Counted from the first letter of the stretch, positions 24,890 to 38,144 are shown. The stretch is DNA of 64,000 nucleotides from Squalus acanthias (GCA_030390025.1 CM059432.1:147376001-147440000), one strand, 5' to 3'. Program-made: numbers and translations. Notes: generated by a model from the letters alone, not told the origin.

Positions 24890-27800
24890 TAGATTGCAGA
24901 GAGAATGGAGGAGTCCGCCTCAAGCATGTGTCAGATGATGTCGCAGGGCATTGCGATGGTGTCTTCTTTCATGGATAGAGTGGCCAACTCCATGGAACAT
25001 CAATTGCGACAATCAAATGAGTCGATGCAGGCCTTGACCACGGCCGTGCACACTCTGGATGCCAACATGTCTGCCACCTTCAATAGGATGACAGAGACCT
25101 TAGACTTGGTCTTCAAGCACGCACTGATCTGCATCGAAGTGCTCTCCGGCAGCGTGGTAGCACTGAAGTGCAGCTAACCATTGAGAGGGACCATGGTGAA
25201 AGGGGAGATGGAAGTGGGGACTCCACTCAAAGCATTTCCGGTTCTCACCCGTTCAAACCCCCCACCTCGCAAGCCAATACCCGACATGCTGCCTCCTCTC
25301 CCAATGGCCGAGTCTGCCCCTGCACAGGCGCAGGTGGTGCAATCTTTGGCGGGGCCCTCACGGGCTCCAAAACCCACAGGTCCTCAGCCAAGAGCACCTC
25401 AGCAGTCAGCGCAGGGATCTGAGCAGCCGGCCTCTTCCTCTGCTGAAGCCACAGGGGTTGCACCACGTAGGAGCAGTAGGAAAAGGAAGAGTAAAGCTTT
25501 GTAGCTGCACAAGGGCATGCACATGGATGTTAGAGAAAATGTTTTGTTGTTAAGTCTCCGTTCTTCAGTAGAATCACGTAAATTTTATTAGTTTGCACCG
25601 TTTTCCCGTCTTGCCCATTTTTGGGCGCTGGTGGCAAGTCACCTTCTAACTTGCTTGATGATGAATGGGAAGACATGAATTGACGGTGACCAAAGAGGGG
25701 GTGTGCAAGGGGCGGTTGGTTGTTTGAAGGACAGCTTTGTGTCAGTGGCATTGGGGGGGGGAGGGGGCGGGGGCAGGTAGAGTGTACAGTGCATGTGCTT
25801 CTGACATCGGTCCGCTGGTGCAACCTAAGTCAACCTTGCATTAATAAGGGTATCCTTGGCAGCAATGTGAGCAGCTGGTGCTGCATTGCCCTCCTCACCT
25901 TCCTTCTCCTCGGAATCATCCGCAGATGATCTGCGCTCTGCACCTTGTTCCTCCTGCAGGTCCAAACCTCACTGCTCTGCAATATCATGCAGAGCACAGC
26001 AAACCACAACCATTTTGGACATCCTGGTTGATGCGTACTGAAGGGCACCTCCAGATCTGTCTAGGCACCTGAAGCGCATCTTCAGCATGCTGATGCCTTG
26101 TTCGATCACACATCTGGTGGTGATATGGCATTTATTGTAAAGCTGTTGGGCTTCATTGGTTGGGTTTCTGGTATCATCAGCCAAGTTTGAAGTGGGTATC
26201 CCTTGACTTCTAGCCGCCACCCCTAAAGTATGCTTGCAAGTCCAAAGACATCAGGGAGCTTGGATTGCCGCAGGACAAAAGCATCATGCCAGCTCCTGGG
26301 AATCTCACACACACCTGCAGAAATATCTTTTTGTGGTTGCCCACCAGCTGCACGTTGATGGAGTGGAAGCCCTTGCAGTTGACAAATACTCCTGGTTGAT
26401 CTGGGGGGTGCGTGGATTGCCACTAGTGTGCAGTCAATGATGGCCTGCACCTGTGGGAAGCCAGCCAGAGACACAAACCCAAGTGCCCGCTCATTCTGAC
26501 AGGCATCATCGCAGGCAGAGTTCACATAATGGCCGGCCCTGGCAACAACCCATCAGTGACCTGTCTTATGCGTTTTTGGGCCGCCAACTGGGATACGTCT
26601 CCGACCGAGCTCTGGAAGGATCCGGAGGCAAAAAAGTTGAGGGCGGTGGGCACTTTGACAGCTACTAGTAACACGTGGCCACCAATCCAGCAGGAATCAG
26701 ATCTTCTTCTAAGGAGACTGCAGATGTCTTCCACCACCTGATAAGACAACCTGACCTTCCTGAAGCAATGCTGTTTCGACATGTCAAGGAAACTCAGCCT
26801 CTGCCCGTACACCCTGTGTCACAGATAGCGCCTCCTGCGAGCTGCCCCCACTCTGCTGCTCCCCATCTCTGATGTCCAGCTGCAGGTCTCTCAACAGCAG
26901 GCTGCTGCTGGTGGTGCTGGTGGTGCTGGCGCTGGTCACATTGCTCCTCGTCCAAGGTCCAATCTAAGGTAGCCAAGGTGCCACCCATCCTGATGTGATT
27001 CAGTAAACCTCCAAAGTGTAGAAAGTAAGCTCTCAGCAAAAGTATTGTGAACAAACCCTTTCCCACTAGTAGGTAAGGAAGCAGCTGAGAGTACTGAGTA
27101 TTTATTGCTGTATTTCCATGAGTTTTAATCTGTCCCCTCAATTGCCACGGTGTTCTCAACTTGCTTTCCATGGCAAGTTTCAGGAAGCCTGGGAACCGTG
27201 TGGATGCAGCGTTAAATTTAAAACTATGTTGCAATATCGCTCCATATGTTAAAAGGCAACTCGCCTCTCCAGAGGGGATTGCGCGCAGGCAGCCTAAAGC
27301 GCTCGAGTTAAATGCAGAAGTCAGTGGGTTGGAGCCGACTTCCCAGCACGCTCGCATTTTTGCCAGATTTAACCCCCACCCGCGCCCAAACCCACGCGCT
27401 CCTCCATATTAAAATTCCCCCTTGGTGTGCGTAAGCTATCGCCATTTGAGATTGCAATATTATTTTAAAAAAGTTTGAATTATGATACATTGAACATCTT
27501 GGAGAAATAAGTCAGTTTGAAAGTTTTGCTGTATCTGGTAGGCACATTGTTTTTCCTCTTTTGGTGTTCTTTTCCCATTTGTCACAATCATCTCTGACTT
27601 TGCAAGGCTTCTCTGTTTCTGGGTTTCTCTCCTCCCTGCTTTTTATCCCCAAGTTAAAAAAAGGCCTTTAATGGCCATCCAGTGAGGTGATTAAATTATT
27701 CATTTGAATAGGACAGTGCCTGTAGAGTATGGGCTTAAAAGGAATATTTTGGAATAAACGACATGTGGAGTCATTGACTGAAATAAAGGGAAAAAAGTCA

Positions 27801-28699
27801 GTGTCACAGGTTCTGGGATGAGGACTCAATCCAATTCAAATTGATAAAGTGTCCGGAATCAAACTAATTCAGGTTTATTAATCTAATCAAAGTACCCCCT
27901 TCCCTGATTGTGGGTGGATCAACAAATCGAAAAGGAAGAAACTGTATAGAGGGAAGGGAAGGGTAGCAGAGAAATGTATTTATCACTGATAATCCCTCTA
28001 CAGTAAACAGAAAGCAAAGTCTGGATTCAAACAGCAGGGGGTGCTTGGAACCTGTCCGGTAACTTCAGGCTGCGTAATGAGGTTAAGACTGCAAAAAACC
28101 TTGGTCTCTGTTCCTTGTGATTCTTGGGTCCAACAGTTCAGTTCTGACATATGTCACCAGTGAAGATATCTTATCGAGTTTAGCCGGATGCATTGCTCAG
28201 TTTTTTGCCACCCTCACTACAATAGCTAGGTATTTGAAATCTGTACACACACCAGCTAACCTGTTGCCCCAATCCTCAAACTTTCCGATCCAAGGAAACT
28301 TGTGATGGTGAAGATGATACAGAATCATTGGGCTATTTGGGGCCACGTAGGCCCCTCAAAACCTCTATGTGCAATCTGAGGCGTGTCTGGGACTCTGATA
28401 CTGAGAAACGTTGAGGCAGGAAAATCACTTCAAATTTTATATGAAGTATACTAGCAGGAGTTGTTTTGGGATATTTACTCATCTACCACCAAATATATAA
28501 CAGAAAGCGCTGTTGTGTAATATTCTGTTAGGGCAGCACACAGTCTTTTAATAGTTTCTTTTTCATTGATCTTAAATCTACACTAGTTAACTGTTTCGGT
28601 TGAAATCAATCCTGCTTTGTGCTCCACCCTGTCACTCTTCCAATCCTTCCCATTCTCTCATCTTCCCTGGACTGAACAAAGAATCTTACAAGCTCCTCC

Positions 28700-31600
28700 T
28701 ATCATAGGATTCTGAAATCATAGAACGTTACAACACAGGAAGAGGCCATTTGCCCCACGGTGCCTGTGCTCGCTCTCTGAAACAGCTTCCGTTTGGTCCC
28801 ATACCCTTTCAAATGTTCCTTTTTCAAATATTTATCCACTTTCCTTTTAGAAAGCTATTACGGATTCTTCTTTCACCACTGTTTCAGCAAGGGCATTCCA
28901 CATCCTAACAACCTTCTGTGTAAAAAAGAAATCTCCTAAACTCTCCCTCATTTCTCCACTGATGATCTAAGTAAATGCAAGTCTTTTTTTTATCCAATTA
29001 GTTCCACTCCCCTGCACTTTCCCATAGTCCTGCAATTTTTTCCCCTTCAAGTATTTGGCCAATTCCCTTTTAAAAGTTACTATTGAATCTGTGGCCACCA
29101 CCCTTTCAGGCAGCGCATTCCAGATCATTTTATTGCGAGGGGAATTGAATACAAAAGTAGGGAGGTTATGCTTCAGTTATACAGGGCATTGGTGAGACCA
29201 CATCTGGTGTACTGTGTACAGTATTGGTCTCCTTAATTAAGGAAGGACGTAAATGCGTTGGAAGCAGTTCAGAGAAGGTTTACTAGACTAATACCTGGAA
29301 TGGGCGGTTTGTCTTATGAGGAAAAGTTGGACAGGCTAGGCTTGTATCCGCTGGAGTTTAGAAGAGTAAGAGGTGACTTGATTGAAACATACAAGATCCT
29401 GAGGGGTCTGGACAGGGTGGATGTGGAGAGGATGTTTCCTCTTGTGGGAGAATCTAGAACTAGGGGTCACTGTTTAAAAATAAGGGGTCACCTATTTAAG
29501 ACAGAGATGAGGAGACATTTTTTCTCACAGAGGGTCGTGAGTCTTTGGAGCTCTCTTCCTCAGAGGGCGGTGGAAGCAGAGTCTTTGAATATTTTTAAGG
29601 CAGAGGTAGATAGATTCTTGATAAGCAAGGGGGTGAAAGGGTATCGGGGTAGGCGGGAATGTGGAGTAATCAGATCAGCCATGATCTTATTGAATGGCGG
29701 AGCAGGCTCGAGGGGCCGAGTGGCCGACTCCGGCTCCTAATTCGTATGTCCGTATGTTCGTATAACAACACACCGCATAAAGAAAATTCTCCTCATCTCC
29801 CCTCCGGTTCTTTTGCCAAATATCTTAAATCTGTGCCCTTTGATTATCGGCCCTCCTGCCAATGGAAACAATTTCCCCATATCTATGTATCAAAACCCTT
29901 CATCATTTTGAGCACCTCTATTAAATCTCCCCGTAACCTTCTCTGAGGAGAACAATCCCAGTTTCTATAGTCTCTCTATATAACTGAAGTTCCTCATCCC
30001 TGGTACTATTCTAGTGAATCTCCTCTGCGCCTTCTACTTTGAAGTCCCTTCTAAATTGTGGTGCCCAGAATTCATAGAATCATAGAATGGTTACAGCACG
30101 GAAGAAGGCCATTCAGCCCGTCGAGCCCATGCCGGCTCTCTGCAAGAGCACTTCAGCTAGTCCCACTCCCCCGCCCTTTCCCCGTAGCCCTGCAAATTTC
30201 TTTCGTTCAGATACTTATCCAACTCTCTTTTGAAAGCCGTGATTGAATCTGCCCCCACCACCCTTTCAGGCAGTGCATTCCAGATCTTAACCACTCGCTG
30301 CGTAAAAAAGTTTTTTCTTATGTTGCCTTTGGTTCTTCTGCCAATCACCTTAAATCTGTGTCCTCTGGTTCTCGACCCTTCTGCCAATGGGAATAGTTTC
30401 TCTCTATCTATTCTGTCCAGACGCCTCATGATTTTGAACACCGCTATCAAATCTCCTCTTAATCTTCTCTGCTCCAAGGAGAACAACTCCAGCTTCTCCA
30501 GTCTATCAACGTAACTGAAGTCTCTCATTCCTGGAATCATTCTTGTAAATCTTTTCTGCACCCTCTCTAAGGCCTCCACATCCTTCCTAAAATGTGGTGC
30601 CCAGAATTGGACACAGTACTCCATTTGGGGCCGAACCAGTGTTTTATATAGGTTCATCATAATTTCCACACAGGATCCCGTAAGCCTTTTTAACTGCTTT
30701 CTCAACCTGCCCTGCCACCTTCAACAATCTGTGCACACATACCCCCAGGTTTCTCTGTTTGTGCACCTCCTTCAGGATTGTTCCCATTGGCAGAAGGGTC
30801 GAGAACCACAGGACACAGATTTAAGGTGATTACTATACCTCTATTTATGAAGCCCAGGATCCCATAAGCCTTTTTAACTGCTTTCTCAACCTGCCCTGCC
30901 ACCTTCAACAATCTGTGCACACATACCCCCAGGTCTCTCTGTTTGTGCACCCCCTTCAGGATTGTACCCTTTAGTTTATATGTCCTCTCCTCATTCGACC
31001 AAAACATACCAGTTCACACTTTTCTGCGTTAAATTTCATCTGCCACATGTCCGCCCATTTCACCAGCCTGTCTATGGCTTCCTGAAGTCTATCACTCTCC
31101 TCCTCACTGTTCGCTATACTTCCAAGTTTTGTGTCATCTGCAAATTTTGAAATTGTGCCCTGCACACCCATGTCTTAGTCATTAATATATATCAAGAAAA
31201 GCAGTGGTCCGAGAACCGACCCCTGGGGAAAAGCAATACTCTAGCTGAGGTCTAACCAGTGATTGATAAAGGTTTAGCAATAACTTCCTTGTTTTTGTCC
31301 ACTATGCCCCTGTTTATAAAGCCAAGGATCCTGTGTGCTTTTTTAACAGCATTCTCAACTCGTCCTGCAACCTTCAGTGATTTGTGTATGTGATCCCCCA
31401 GGTCTTTCTGTTCCTGCACCTCCTTTAAAATTGTATAATTTTGTTTATATTGCCGCTCCTCATTATTCCTTCCAAAATGCATCACTTCACACTTCCCTGC
31501 ATTAAATTTCATCTGCCATGTGTCTGCTCATTTCACCAGTCTGTCTATGTCCTCCTGAAGTCTGTTACTAACCTCCTCACTGTTTACTACACTTCCAAAC

Positions 31601-31812
31601 TTTGTGTCATCCACTAACTTTGAAAATCTGCCCTGTATATCCAAGTCCAGTTCATCAATATATATCAAGAAGAGTAGTGATCTTAGTATTGACTCCTGGG
31701 GAGCACCACTGTAGACTTCCCACCAGCGTGATAAACAACCGTTCACCACTGCTGTCTGATGTCTGTCTCTTAGCCAATTTTGTATCCATGCTTCGACTGC
31801 CCCTTTAAATCC
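28700..31812. mobile_element. Cluster of nested CR1 fragments: mostly minus strand, one plus-strand copy at ~29128-29763
   Basis: RT motifs (SKFADDTKLG, WQMKFNAEKC) and several ORF2 C-termini with separate 3' tails. Confidence 0.92.
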
Positions 31813-32604
31813 ATGGGGCTAACAATTGGATTGCACCGAAAAAGGGGCATGGAGATCGCGATACGTGATCACCCCATACCCGATGAAAGGAATGCAGGCA
31901 ACACACAGCCTTTGTGCTGCCTGCTAATTACAATGATTGTAGCATTCAGCTCAGCGCTCAACATGCTGCTGAGTGGCTGAACACTCAGGAGGGGGCCCAC
32001 GTATGTGCGAGGCAAGCACCAATGAAAGCTGGCCTGCACTACTTAAAGGCAGTCTGCACCTCTTAAAGGGGAGGTGCATTCTGCCCGCAGCAGCTCATTT
32101 AACTGGCTGGGGGAGAGAGTGCAAAACAACTACTGATGTCACAACAGGGGAGAGTGCATGCACCAAGGTTCGCTGATGCAGCACTGGAGGCCTTGGTGCA
32201 GGAGGTGGAAAGGAGGAGAGAGGCCCTGTATCCACAGAGGGCCAGGAGGTCCTCCAGGCAAAATTGACAACACCAATGGGAGCAGATAGCCACAGCTGTC
32301 AATGCCAGCAGTGGCACCCCGAGGACCTGGCTGCAGTGCAGGGAGAAGTTTAATGACATTGCACGAGTGGTCAAGGTCAGTGAATTCGTCTTCAAATGCC
32401 AAATCCCACCATCTGCACCACTAGCGTCACACACTGCTCAATGCACCACACCCCCATCACTCACCTACCAACAATCTCCACCAAACACAACTCATACCTC
32501 ACATTCATAGCTTCACCTCATCCTTACACACTTACCACTGCTGCAAGCCTCACACCCACATCTCACAGCTTGTAAACACTGTCAGCTATTTAACCATGAC
32601 AGGA

Positions 32605-33030
32605 ACATCATCCAAACACATTGCACCACACTCACTGACACACACTTCACCCAAACACATTGCACCACACTCACTGACACACACATCACCCAAACACATT
32701 GCACCACACTCACTGACACACACATTCACCTAAACACATTGCACCACACTCACTGACACACACTTCACCCAAACACATTGCACCACACTCACTGACACAC
32801 ACATCACCCAAACACATTGCACCACACTCACTGACACACATCACCCAAACACATTGCACCACACTCACTGACACACTTCACCCAAACACATTGCACCACA
32901 CTCACTGACACACTTCACCCAAACACATTGCACCACACTCACTGACACACACATCACCCAAACACATTGCACCACACTCACTGGCACACACATCACCCAA
33001 ACACATTGCACCACACTCACTGACACACTT
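32605..33030. repeat. 37-39 bp minisatellite with the same unit as 3710-5405, about 11 copies
   Basis: Tandem array at the equivalent intron position. Confidence 0.96.
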
Positions 33031-33679
33031 CCCTCTCTCTTGCAGAATAAGGTGGCTCACAATCGGAGCCAGCGGGGGCTACCCGAAGGGGCATAGGCGC
33101 GCCTGCATGATCTCACCCCCATGGAAGAGATGGTGCTGACCATTCTTGGCATGGCAATTGCTGAGCCTGTGGCCAGCGGCAGATCTGAAGCTATGCAAGA
33201 CGACGATATCCTCACACTTAATGCTCCTTCTGACTTCCCACTTCACCCTCATCCCACTATCTATTCTGACTTACAAGCTGCAAATGGTGTAAGCTTGCAC
33301 CTCTTGCTTTCACCCCTACCTTCACCACAACCTTACCCTTATGCCTTTCTCCTTTCAGATAGCTAAGAAATGCCATCTGGCCAGGCACTGGTGGTTGGAG
33401 GAGGAAGACAGTGAGCATGAAGACACAGCATCACTCGATTTCACACTTGCAACCACCAGCTCAGACACTGACACTGCGCATACTTTAGAGGAGAGGTTAG
33501 ACGCGAGATCTGCATGTGGTGAGATACCGGGCATGAGTGGCCTGCAGCCAGGGCAGGAGGAAAGGGCAGCACAGGTGCCAGTGCCCTGATGGGTGAGGTC
33601 ACATATGAGTTCTGCTGCACAGGTCTCCGATGAGGACTTTGATGGGGCAGCCTGCAGAAGAAGGCTGATGGGTATGCAC

Positions 33680-34652
33680 TCTGAGGTCGAACTCCAAACC
33701 ATCGTCAAAACCTTCACCGAAGCGTACGAGAGCATGGGCCTTACACTAAACATCCGTAAGACAAAGGTCCTCTACCAACCTGCCACCGCCACACAGTACT
33801 GCCCCCTCGATTATCAAAATCCATGACAAGGCCTTGGACAACGTGGACCACTTTCCATACCTCTGGAGCCTACTGTCAACAAGGGCAGACTTCGATGACA
33901 AAGTCCAACACCGCCTTCAGTGTGCCAGTGCAGCCTTCAGTCGCCTAAGGAAGAGAGTGTTTGAAGACCAGGACCTCAAACCCAGCACCAATCTCATGGT
34001 CTACAGAGCAGTAGTGATACCCGCCCTGCTGTATGCTTCAGAGACATGGACCATGTACAGCAGGCACCTCAAAGCACTGGAGAGGTACCAGCAATGCTGC
34101 CTCTGCAAGATCCTGCAAATCCATTGGCAGGATAGGCGCACCAACATCAGTGTTCTCGCTCAGGCCAACATCCCCAGCATTGAAGCTTTGACCACGCTCG
34201 ATCAGCTCCGATGGATGGGCCACATCGTCCGCATGCCCGATACGAGACTCCCAAAACAAGCACTCTACTCGGAGCTCTGAATTGGAAGAAAGCCCCAGGT
34301 GGGCAGAGAAAACGCTTCAAGGACACCCTCAAAGCCTCCTTGAAAAAGTGCAACATCCCCACCGACACCTGGGAATCCCTGGCCCAAGACCACACAAAGT
34401 GGAGGAGAAGCATCCGGGAAGGCGCCGAACACCTCGAGTCTCTTCGCCGGGAGCAAGCGGAAGCCAAGCGCAAACAGCAGAAGGAGCGCACGTCAACCCA
34501 AGAACCCCACCCACCCGCCCCTTGAACCACCGTCTGCCCCACCTGTGACAGAAACTGTAGCTCCCGCATTGGACTCATCAGTCACCTGAGAACTCATTTT
34601 TAGTGTGGAAGCAAGTCATCCTCGGTTGCGAGGGACAGCCTAAGAAGAAGAA
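33680..34652 (+). mobile_element. 5'-truncated RTE-clade LINE with a 39-bp TSD
   Basis: VDHFPYL.S, ASAAFSRLRKRVF, ALLYASETWT, RLPKQALYSEL, GQRKRFKDTLK, CPTC...HLRTH, (AAG)n tail. Direct repeats at 33641-33679 and 34653-34691. Confidence 0.92.
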
Positions 34653-36023
34653 GATGGGGCAGCTTGCAGAAGAAGGCTGGTGGGTATGCACACGCATTGG
34701 CAGGCCTGCCAGAAAGCCTGAGTGCAATGTCAAGGAGCATGGAGGAGTCCAGCACCAACCTAGCACAGAGCTTTGTGCAGAGCTTGGAGCCCATCCTTTC
34801 CAGCATGGAACTGATGGCCTACTCTGCACTTGTGGACCCACCCATGATGCAGGGTCTGATGGCTGATGTCTCAGCTTCCATTGCAGCACAGGCAGAGACA
34901 ACCTAACATCTGAGTGCTGCACAGGAATCTCAGACAAACTTAGACTGCTCTCATGCAGGCTCAGCTTACTGCCACGCAAGCTCAGACTGCTGCCATCATG
35001 GCTGGGTTTACCAGTGTGGAAAAGGGCTTGCAGGGTGTCACAGCAGTCCCGCAATCTGTCCTCCAACAGATTACTAGGAATGCTGAGGTGCCGCCCCTGG
35101 GGGGAGTGGCAGTGGCTCCGTGGAGAACGAACCTCCTGTCCTCTCTCAGGATGACAGCATTCATCCTCCCACCACTGCCACTCCGCCAGGACCCTTGCTG
35201 TTGCCTGTCAGCCAGCCAGCCCAGACTGCTGCCACCCATGCCGAGGTGGAGCAGTCTACAGCCGGGCCTTCTAGGCCCAGAGCTGTTTGAGGTCGTCCTG
35301 CAAGGCCATCTGCAGTCTCTCCCCACTAAAGGTCAGCAACCATGGTGTAGCCACTGGGGTAGCCCTTCGTAGGAGCACTAAGACAGGCAAATGCACACGG
35401 AAGACAGGCACTAAGGGAATGCACAAGGGTGATGAGTTGACTTTTTTATTTAACATTTGATGGATTGATGTATAAATTTAATTGGAATGTTTCTTTTGTG
35501 GTGGCTTTCATATCAGCATTCTGGCAAAGAGGACGCCGTGATGGTCCGTATCAGAGGGATGGTAAGGTGTGGGACTATTGATGAATGTGGAATTAGGGTT
35601 GCATTCACTGGAACCCTAGTCGGATGAGTCGATCACGGACAGCCCAGGCAGAGAGGGGCTGTGTTGCCTCCTCCTTTCCTCCTCTTCCGCTTCCTCCTTC
35701 TCGTCTTCCGCTTCCTCCTCCTCCTCCTCCTCAGCTGGTCGCTGTGTGTCTGGTGGCAAGGGCTGTGCCCTCATGATGGCGAGGTTAGGAAGCCTGCAGC
35801 AGACCACGACGAATGTTGAGATGTGCTCTGGTGAGTACTGAGGGGCTCCTCCAGAGTGGTCCAGGCAGCAGAACCAGCAGGTGCTACGGAGCTGAATTTT
35901 TCGCCCATGGTTTTGCTAAGAAGTCTATTATTCGGCACTTTGTCAAACACCTTTGGAAGTCCATATACACAACTTCAACTGCACTACCCTCATCACCCCT
36001 CTCCATTATTTTATTGTGTTATA

Positions 36024-36504
36024 CAGGAAACTCTTTATTAACCGGCACCCAAATATCCGGAAATCTCTCTTAACTGGCAAAATTCAGGAGTAGGTAACCG
36101 GGGTTTTCCTTCATCTCTCTACACTGGATCGTAGCATTATATGGGCCAAGTCTTTGCTGAATACTCGCTGTAAGATCGCTGTAAGATCTGTCACAAGAAG
36201 GGAGATGCAGAAAACATGCTGTTGTGTGATGGCTGTGATCGAGGGCACCACACATACTGTTTGAGACCAAAGGTTAAGGTTTGTACATAGTACTTTTTAA
36301 ATCAAAAAAAGCTGGCTACTCAAAAGAAAATTCTTTAATGTGACCGGGGTTCCTGAACCTGTGGCCGTGCACCAGGGACTCCTGGATCTGTGGCCATGTA
36401 CGGGGCTCTCGTACCTTGGTAGATATAACTCTCCGTTATCCGGAATTTTTGATAAACCGGCACCACGCCGGTCCCGTCGGTGCCAGTTAATAAAGAGTTT
36501 CCTG
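36024..36504. mobile_element. Tc1/mariner (pogo/Tigger-like) miniature element carrying a host gene fragment
   Basis: 26-bp TIRs CAGGAAACTCTTTATTAACCGGCACC / GGTGCCAGTTAATAAAGAGTTTCCTG (1 mismatch); TA on both flanks. Confidence 0.93.
36103..36278 (+). pseudogene. BAZ1A: Captured BAZ1A (ACF1) PHD-finger exon fragment, frameshifted
   Basis: Removing the 11-bp tandem duplication (TCGCTGTAAGA x2, 36165-36186) gives VFLHLSTLDRSIIWAKSLLNTRCKICHKKGDAENMLLCDGCDRGHHTYCLRPKVK. This closely matches BAZ1A as I recall it (VFLHLSTLDRSVIWSKSILNARCKICRKKGDAENMVLCDGCDRGHHTYCVRPKLK). A GT donor and AT-rich sequence follow. Confidence 0.92.
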
Positions 36505-37339
36505 TAGTTAGTTTATGTTTGGTATTGGTTTAATCAGTTCTATTTTCACCTTTTGATCCTCCGCCCTTGCTGACTGGTAGTTTTACTTCAGCTCTTTGGC
36601 TCTCATTGTCTGTGGACACTTTCAACTCCACTCTACAATTCCTGATAGGAGCTGCCTTTTTGGAAATTTGGACGGCTTCTGCCGAATTCTTAGCACCTGG
36701 GATTGAATCTACTACATTTGTGAAGTGCTCCAAGTCGCAGCCTTGTCAGCGAGCTAATGTTAATCTCAAGCTCCCTGCCTGAGTGTCTAATACACTGTTG
36801 CTCAAGCTACCAGATTGCTGGGGTTTTTTATCTGAAACTTAATCCCCTTTCATGTTTAAAATTATTTTCTCTCTTTTCAACATCTCCCCAGCCTTGCACC
36901 AGTCATTGCCTACTCCCAGGCCTCTACTAGCGCTGCTCTTGATTCTGACAGCATGTAATCCTGCACTGACCTGGCCACTAATTCTTCCCTCTCTTCTCTT
37001 CTATAGAAAAGTCCCTGATATCTGTAAGAACTCAGCAGGAATCAGTGACATAAGCCCATGTCCTACTGTTCTCTGGTGCAGTGCACATTGTGTGGGTGCC
37101 TTGAAATACACTGAACAGAGTAACGCTGATTTGACCTGTAGGCTTGTGCAGGAAACTATCATGTAGTTAAGTAGTAGTTCCATCAAAAAATCTTTGACTC
37201 ACACAGCAGGTAAGACTGCCTGCTAATCTTAATTTGCCAGTATGGATACTTGGGAAGTATCATGTAAAACCATGGCAACCCATCATGTACAAACTGGAAT
37301 AAAAACAGAAAATATCAGAAACACACAGCAAGTCACTTA

Positions 37340-38144
37340 GGGGGGAATAATTCGGTATTGCCAATTTTGGGCGCTAATTTCGGCCGGGCGCAAAGTTTAG
37401 CGCCTGCCGCTAATTATCGCCTCCGACTGCAAAATTTGCCTCTATCGCCCCGGAGGTGATTTGAGCGCTAAATCAGGCGCTACACACCTCACTTAAGGCG
37501 CTAACGTCGGGGAGCGAGGGGCGCTACCTCAGAACGCTACCAAAGCTCAGGCGATGTCAGTTACCATGGAAGCCAGACAGACTGGCGTCGTCCAGTTCTT
37601 AAAGGGGAGGGGCCATATTGCTGGCCAGCCTCTCCCTGCTCATTGCAACCTTGAATCTTGGCCTGGAGAGACCTCTAAAGCAATTGTGTTGGAAGCACTA
37701 ATGGAGAGGCCCAGGGAAAGAGCTCGGCACTTAGGAACCTCACAAGTGGTGCTGAGGACCAAAACTCCTTAGGACAGCGTTAAAACCAAAAATTTTGCTG
37801 ACAAGAAAAGGCAGGAAGTGTCCGCCTTTAAATAGCGCTCCCCCAGCCCCTTCCCGACTTGAAAACGTTCCCCTCTACCTGTCATTCCTAGCGGCAGGCG
37901 CTAAGGCAGGGGGCGCCACTCAATATCCGGTCCAGGGCGCTACCGGGGCGTTGCGCGCTTGACTGACATCACGATCTGCGGGCGCAGGAGATTGTGGCGG
38001 TAATGTTTAGCGCCGCCGCAAAATGCCTGGCCAATTTTGCGAGCGGCGCTAAAATCGCTGCGCCCGGGCGCTAAGTTCCTAGTGCCCCGTTAGCGCCCCC
38101 TGGAGGCACTAACAGGAGGCACTAACCAACTGAATTTTTCTCCC
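37340..38144. mobile_element. PIF/Harbinger MITE, family A
   Basis: TIRs GGGGGGAATAATTCGG / CTGAATTTTTCTCCC; TSD TTA. Internal MERPRERARH remnant of the Myb start. Confidence 0.9.

Larger units (their letters stand above)
22195..27421. mobile_element. Near-complete decayed Harbinger: Myb/SANT gene on + (exon 1 22462-22701), transposase on - (~25830-26990), with nested inserts
   Basis: Myb exon AEPRFNGAALDALMGAVRSRREIL...RSWIQCSKCFNDL. Transposase motifs ALNFFASGSFQ, GFPQVQAIIDCT, HDAFVLRQSKLP, YNKCHITTRCVIEQ, RFRCLDRSGGALQY. Right end TAAAATTCCCC. Confidence 0.88.
31815..35870. mobile_element. Harbinger element: Myb gene on + (exon 1 32136-32375, in-frame stop), 3' transposase remnant on -
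   Basis: Terminus GGGGCTAACAATTGG. MSQQGRVHAPRFADAALEALVQEVERRREALY...RTWLQCREKFNDIARVVK|GTCAG. Acidic transposase tail at 35616-35860. Confidence 0.88.

Noticed and set aside
36103..36278. Functional BAZ1A gene in this window
   Set aside because: It is a single frameshifted exon fragment with no acceptor, enclosed by TIRs; no other BAZ1A exons were seen.
36530..36733. Minus-strand 67-aa ORF in unique intronic DNA as an extra PPP1R17 exon
   Set aside because: No KDTP repeat, no homology and no convincing splice sites.
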